Source: Candidatus Gastranaerophilales bacterium
GTDB taxonomy: Bacteria > Cyanobacteriota > Vampirovibrionia > Gastranaerophilales > Gastranaerophilaceae
DNA length: 64,000 nt
Reading direction: 5' to 3'
Assembly: GCA_947624325.1 (NCBI GenBank)
Contig: CANQJT010000006.1
Location: forward strand, 34,147 to 98,146
This document shows positions 59,180-64,000 of the stretch, one piece after another; the stretch's first letter is position 1, and every line of letters starts with the position of its first letter. The notes under the pieces are model-generated. The model did not search any database and was not told where the DNA came from. It was given only the letters and a program-made list of their open reading frames with translations. A program made the translations under genes and the position numbers.

Positions 59180-61216
59180 ATGAAAAAACTTTTTATATCA
59201 ATTTTAACTTTTATGGTATTTATGAATTTTACCATGCCTGTTTATGCATTTAGCGGACATTTCATAACAAATCAAAACATAATTGATATAATTCAAACCG
59301 AAAATATTGTTTCCCCCGATGTTGAAAAAAAACTCAAATCAGCTATTTCAAAGGTATACGGTGAAAAAAATACAAATGAAATATATGTCAATATATTAAA
59401 AATAATAAAAGAATCAAGAGATAAAAGAGACCCAAAATTAAAACAGGAAGACCTGACTCGTTCGGATGACTGGTATAAAGACGAAGTAATTTATATGTAT
59501 TATGTGGATAGGTTCGGCACAAACAATGAAATGAAGCCTAACACATTTAAAGACTCAATTAAAATGCTCGGCTATTTAAAAGATTTAGGAATAACTACCA
59601 TATATATGCTTCCGTTTGCGGAATCTCCCATGGGTGATGCAGGTTTTGATGTAAAAAACCCAAGAGATGTAAGAAAAGATTTAGGAGGAATGAATGAATT
59701 TATTCAGTTTATAACAGAAGCAAAACGGCAGGGGTTTAAAATAAAAGCTGATTTGGTATTAAACCATTTTTCCGAACAGCACGAATGGTTTAAAGAATTA
59801 CAAAACGGGGATTTATCAAAACTTAATTATTTTGTTGTAACGGAACAGGAACCTGAAAGAATTGTATATAAAGATGAAAAACTCGGTTACGTTGCCGAGT
59901 ACAAAGAACCTGACGGCAAAATTTCCAAAAGAAGACTGATTTTCCCTGATATTACTGATTCTCATTACAGAAAAGTCAATATACAAGGAAAAGATTACTT
60001 TTTTTATCATACATTTTATCCGTTTCAACTTGATATAAATTGGGAAAATCCTGAAGTTTTATACTATAACCTGGAAACGATATCATTTTGGGCAAATCTG
60101 GGGATTGATATATTTAGGATGGATGCCATTCCCTACTTAATAAAAGAAGAAGGAACAACAGGCGAAAATAACCCTAAAACTCATGAAATAATTAAAATAC
60201 TAAGTACATTTTTACAAGAAACGGCACCTCGCTCTGTCATACAAGCGGAAGCATGCCAGCCTCCCAAAAAAATATTAAGTTATTTCGGCAATGACCGAAA
60301 AATTGATGTTGATATAGACGGCAAAACAAAAGAATTAACAAGAACAAACGAAGTTCAAATTGCATATCATTTCCCATATATGCCTGCAATATGGGCAACA
60401 ATAGTATCCGGTGACAGTTCATATTTTTGGCAGACAAAAAAACAAACACCAGAAATCCCTGAAAGTGCAAGCTGGGCTGTTTTTCTAAGAGTTCATGATG
60501 AATTAACTCTTGAAATGGTAAACCAAAAAACAAGGGAATTAATATATGAAAATTTAGCCGATAAAGGTGCTGAATTTAGAAAAGGATACGGGGTAAGCGG
60601 AAGACTGGCAGATTTTCTTGATAATAATCCCGACAGAATTATAATGGCATTTGCCGTTTTACTTTCTATGAAAGGCATTCCGATAATATACTACGGCGAT
60701 GAAATCGGTATAAGAAATAATTTTTCTTATGCGCAAAGGTGGGCAAAAATAAGAGAAAGAAAAAATAAAAAATCTCAAAAAGATGATATGCTCTCATATT
60801 TTGACAGCCGGGATATCCATAGAAACGCAATTAAAAGGGAAATCTTTTATAAAGCAACGGAGCCTTCCAATTCTTTTAAAAACAAAATTTATAAAAACGT
60901 TAAAAGATTAATTGAAGTAAGAAAAAACTACCCCACACTTTCAAGAGGCGATTTTGTTGAAGTTAAATCAAATAAAAATGAAGTTTTTTCATACCTGAGA
61001 ACGGGCAAATCAGATAAAATATTAATAGTTAATAACCTTTCTGATGACAAAGTTTATGCGGAATTAGACAGCTCTTTATTTAACTTCTCATCAGACAGAA
61101 CTTTTATTAAAATGCAGGAATTATTAACAAAACAAGAAAAAAAATTTGAAATAGATAATAAAAAATTAATTATAAAACTTCGTCCGTACGAAACTATGTG
61201 GTTAAGTTTTTACTAA
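59180..61216 (+). CDS. secreted GH13-family alpha-glucan-active enzyme (amylosucrase / TreS-like)
   Basis: Signal peptide, then the GH13 regions DLVLNHFS, GIDIFRMDAIPYL, QAEA and RVHDELT. Confidence 0.7.
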   Translation: MKKLFISILTFMVFMNFTMPVYAFSGHFITNQNIIDIIQTENIVSPDVEKKLKSAISKVYGEKNTNEIYVNILKIIKESRDKRDPKLKQEDLTRSDDWYKDEVIYMYYVDRFGTNNEMKPNTFKDSIKMLGYLKDLGITTIYMLPFAESPMGDAGFDVKNPRDVRKDLGGMNEFIQFITEAKRQGFKIKADLVLNHFSEQHEWFKELQNGDLSKLNYFVVTEQEPERIVYKDEKLGYVAEYKEPDGKISKRRLIFPDITDSHYRKVNIQGKDYFFYHTFYPFQLDINWENPEVLYYNLETISFWANLGIDIFRMDAIPYLIKEEGTTGENNPKTHEIIKILSTFLQETAPRSVIQAEACQPPKKILSYFGNDRKIDVDIDGKTKELTRTNEVQIAYHFPYMPAIWATIVSGDSSYFWQTKKQTPEIPESASWAVFLRVHDELTLEMVNQKTRELIYENLADKGAEFRKGYGVSGRLADFLDNNPDRIIMAFAVLLSMKGIPIIYYGDEIGIRNNFSYAQRWAKIRERKNKKSQKDDMLSYFDSRDIHRNAIKREIFYKATEPSNSFKNKIYKNVKRLIEVRKNYPTLSRGDFVEVKSNKNEVFSYLRTGKSDKILIVNNLSDDKVYAELDSSLFNFSSDRTFIKMQELLTKQEKKFEIDNKKLIIKLRPYETMWLSFY

Positions 61217-61290
61217 ACAAATTATGCTTGTAAAATCTTCTTGAGAATTATAAAATAAAATTACAGTTAGTTTTCAAGGGGTTGTAAATT

Positions 61291-63207
61291 ATGACATATT
61301 GCGATGAACAAAAAAAATCACCGTTCTCAAATGAACAAGCTAAATCAGTTTTAAAAGAAGCTTTAAAAGTTTTAGGTAAAAAGCATCTGGCATTTATTTC
61401 ACATGCAAACAGTTTTCCTGCTGAAACAGGTAAAAATACAGGGTTTGGAACAGTTAATTCAAATTCCGCAAAAAAATTAATAGACTTTTTATCTGGTGTA
61501 TTCACTGATATTCAGCTCGGACCTGCAGGAAAAACTAAATTTATTGATGCATCTCCTTATACGGGTACAATTTTTTCAAATAACCCTTTATTTATTGATT
61601 TAGAACAATTAACAACAACCGAATGGCATAATATTCTTTCTATTGAAACTTATAATAAAATAACCGGAAATAATCCCAATAAAAATACAAACAGAACCGC
61701 ATATTCTTATATATTTCAAGAACAGGAAACTGCTCTAAAAGAAGCTTGGGAAAACTTTAAAAATCTTAACTGCCCCGAATTAAAAGCAGAGTTTGAAAAA
61801 TATAAAGAAAATAATAAATTCTGGCTTGAAAAAGACTCATTATATGAAGCTTTAACTATTGAACACGGCAATGATTACTGGCCTATGTGGAACAGCGAAG
61901 AAGATAAATCGCTTTATAATCCGCAAAATGAAGAACAAAAAGTTCAATATGCAAAAAGAATTGAAGAATTAAAACAAAAATATTCAGATGTTATAAATTA
62001 TTATTCATTCTGCCAATTTATAATATCAATGCAAAATAATAAATCCAGAGAATATGCACAGTCTAAAGGTATGAAAATGATTGCCGATAGGCAAGTTGCG
62101 TTTTCTGACAGAGATAATTGGGCTTATCAATCACTATTTTTAAAAGGCTGGTGCTTGGGTTGTCCGCCGGATTATTTCTCGGAAGACGGTCAAATGTGGG
62201 GTTTCCCCGTTATGGATCCGGAAAAGTTGTTTAATCCTGACGGCTCACTCGGTGAAGGCGGAATTTTAATGAAAGAACTTTATAAAAAGATGTTCACCGA
62301 AAACCCCGGCGGTGTAAGAATTGACCATATGGTCGGTTTAATAGACCCTTGGGTTTATGTTTCAGGTAAAAAACCAAAAATAGAAGAAGGTGCAGGCAGG
62401 CTGTATTCATCACCCGAGCACCCGATTTTATCAAAATATGCAATAGCAACAACCGACGATTTAAACTATGAAGTTGAAGCGGATAAAGAAGAAAGAATTT
62501 TAAAACTTACACCGGAGCAGATTAGAAAATACGGCGCACTGGTTGAAAAAATCGTTATAAGTGCAGCAAAAGAAGTCGGCTTAGATAAAAACTCCATTGT
62601 CTGCGAAGACCTTGGAACTTTAACTTATCCCGTTGTTAATGTTATGAAAGAATATGACCTTCAGGGAATGAAGTTAATTCAGTTTGTAGTACCCGAAAAC
62701 CCTGAACACCCCTACAGATGTAAAAATATTACTCCAAGAAGCTGGGCAATGGTTGGTACTCACGATAATGAACCTATTGCTATGTGGGCTGACCAAACGG
62801 TTAATACGGAAGCAGGCTATTTAAACGGTAAAAATCTCGCAGAAGACTTATGGATTGATGCAAATGATGAAGAGAAAGAACAAATTGCCGTAAGAATTTC
62901 AAAAGACGCACCATTTTTAACACAAACAAAATTTGTTGAGCTGTTTGCGTGCAAAGCGGAAAATATTCAAATATTCTTTACTGATTTCTTAGGGCTTTAT
63001 GATGTATATAACCGCCCCGGGACATCAGGCGATCAAAACTGGTCTTTAAGAATTCCAGATAATTATGAAGAAATTTACTGCGAAAACTTAAAATCAGGAA
63101 AAGCATTAAATCTGCCTTTGATTTTAAAACTTGCAATCGAAGCAAGAGGACACGAATTTAGTTCATTACATCAAGATATAATTAAAAAGCTTGAAGAATT
63201 AATTTAA
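61291..63207 (+). CDS. malQ: 4-alpha-glucanotransferase (GH77)
   Basis: GVRIDHMVGL, CEDLGT and GTHDNEP motifs. Confidence 0.85.
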   Translation: MTYCDEQKKSPFSNEQAKSVLKEALKVLGKKHLAFISHANSFPAETGKNTGFGTVNSNSAKKLIDFLSGVFTDIQLGPAGKTKFIDASPYTGTIFSNNPLFIDLEQLTTTEWHNILSIETYNKITGNNPNKNTNRTAYSYIFQEQETALKEAWENFKNLNCPELKAEFEKYKENNKFWLEKDSLYEALTIEHGNDYWPMWNSEEDKSLYNPQNEEQKVQYAKRIEELKQKYSDVINYYSFCQFIISMQNNKSREYAQSKGMKMIADRQVAFSDRDNWAYQSLFLKGWCLGCPPDYFSEDGQMWGFPVMDPEKLFNPDGSLGEGGILMKELYKKMFTENPGGVRIDHMVGLIDPWVYVSGKKPKIEEGAGRLYSSPEHPILSKYAIATTDDLNYEVEADKEERILKLTPEQIRKYGALVEKIVISAAKEVGLDKNSIVCEDLGTLTYPVVNVMKEYDLQGMKLIQFVVPENPEHPYRCKNITPRSWAMVGTHDNEPIAMWADQTVNTEAGYLNGKNLAEDLWIDANDEEKEQIAVRISKDAPFLTQTKFVELFACKAENIQIFFTDFLGLYDVYNRPGTSGDQNWSLRIPDNYEEIYCENLKSGKALNLPLILKLAIEARGHEFSSLHQDIIKKLEELI

Positions 63208-63216
63208 GGAGTTCAA

Positions 63217-63576
63217 ATGCACGAGTTAAAGGTGGAATGTTCATTTTCGGCTGCGCATCATCTCTTGAATTACAACGGAGAATGCGAAAATCAGCACGGG
63301 CATAACTGGAAAACAGAAGCTTATTTTAGAGGTACGAAACTTGATAAATCTAACTTGCTCATAGATTTTAAAGTTTTAAAAAATGAACTTAATAATATTT
63401 TAGACACACTAGACCATAAAGATATTAATACACTTAAAGAATTTGAGGGAATAAGCCCTTCAAGCGAAATTATTTCAAAATATATTTATAAAAAACTTAA
63501 AGAAAAATTTCCTCAAACTTATAAGGTATCGGTCTGGGAAACAGAAAAGGCATGTGCAAGTTACTTTGAGGATTAA
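63217..63576 (+). CDS. queD: 6-carboxy-5,6,7,8-tetrahydropterin synthase
   Basis: 119 aa with CSFSAAHHL..GECENQHGHNW and VWETEKACASY. Confidence 0.85.
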   Translation: MHELKVECSFSAAHHLLNYNGECENQHGHNWKTEAYFRGTKLDKSNLLIDFKVLKNELNNILDTLDHKDINTLKEFEGISPSSEIISKYIYKKLKEKFPQTYKVSVWETEKACASYFED

Positions 63577-63578
63577 AA

Positions 63579-64000
63579 ATGGGGATAATTCAAGCAATTA
63601 TATTGGGGATAGTACAAGGTTTAAGCGAATTTCTTCCGATTTCAAGCTCGGCTCATCTTGTTATTGCATCTAACTTGTATAAAGTTTTTGTCGGAGATGA
63701 CTTATCAAATAATTCACCTGAAGAAATCTTTCTTGATATTATGCTTCATTTAGGCACTTTAATTGCCGTTTTGATATTTTTCAGAAAAGATATTCTAAAT
63801 ATTTTTAAAGCAATTTTTAACGGGCTAAAGACAAAAGACTATAAAAATGAAGATTGTAAAATAGGACTTTATATTATACTTGGTACGATTGTAACAATTT
63901 TAATTGCGTTTCCTCTGCATCATGTTGCGGAAGATTTAGTATTTTCTCCCGTAAAGGTAGGAATATTACTTATTTTTACAGGGATATTTCTTTTATCAAG
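63579..64000 (+). CDS. uppP: undecaprenyl-diphosphate phosphatase; C-terminus cut by window end
   Basis: Not in the ORF track. ATG at 63579 gives [31 protein letters not shown]..., the BacA/UppP signature. Confidence 0.9.
   Translation, partial: [140 protein letters not shown]

Overview
AT-rich (about 30% GC by eye) bacterial chromosomal window made up mostly of housekeeping genes. I saw no transposase, integrase, phage gene, CRISPR array or recognisable defence gene. Main content, in order: lysS (cut by the window edge and absent from the ORF track), rpsO, metK, a CCA-adding enzyme, infC-rpmI-rplT, rplJ-rplL, an AmiC-type amidase with murI, trxB, an envelope-glycan block (GT9 heptosyltransferase, DHHW/AlgJ-like protein, MBOAT), tRNA-His, glnA, three paralogous GT-C-like membrane proteins interrupted by nadE, an APC permease, glyQ, a radical SAM gene, gap, two tandem plsC paralogs, a chemosensory cluster (CheA hybrid, MCP, double CheW), atpD-atpC, a long operon infA-rpmJ-rpsM-rpsK-rpsD-rpoA-rplQ-truA-rplM-rpsI, purB, leuA, a secreted GH13 enzyme, malQ, queD and uppP (cut by the window end). 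The split atpD-atpC pair and the rplQ-truA-rplM-rpsI order are cyanobacterial-type. Together with the low GC and absence of photosynthesis genes, this suggests a non-photosynthetic relative of Cyanobacteria (Melainabacteria/Vampirovibrionia-like), but that is inference only. Two observations stand out. (1) A dispersed, modular, GC-rich hairpin-repeat family occurs at five or more loci (about 2377-2660, 13113-13566, 16131-16360, 17438-17570, 54241-54641). Its hairpin stems co-vary between copies. Four of the five loci abut or sit inside ribosomal-protein operons, including a roughly 460 nt insert between rpmJ and rpsM. (2) The only two long G/C homopolymer tracts I could find are a G9 run that splits one GT-C paralog and a G10 run inside the radical SAM gene. 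Both are candidate slipped-strand phase-variation switches, or homopolymer sequencing errors. All calls come from reading the sequence and translations by eye. No searches were run.
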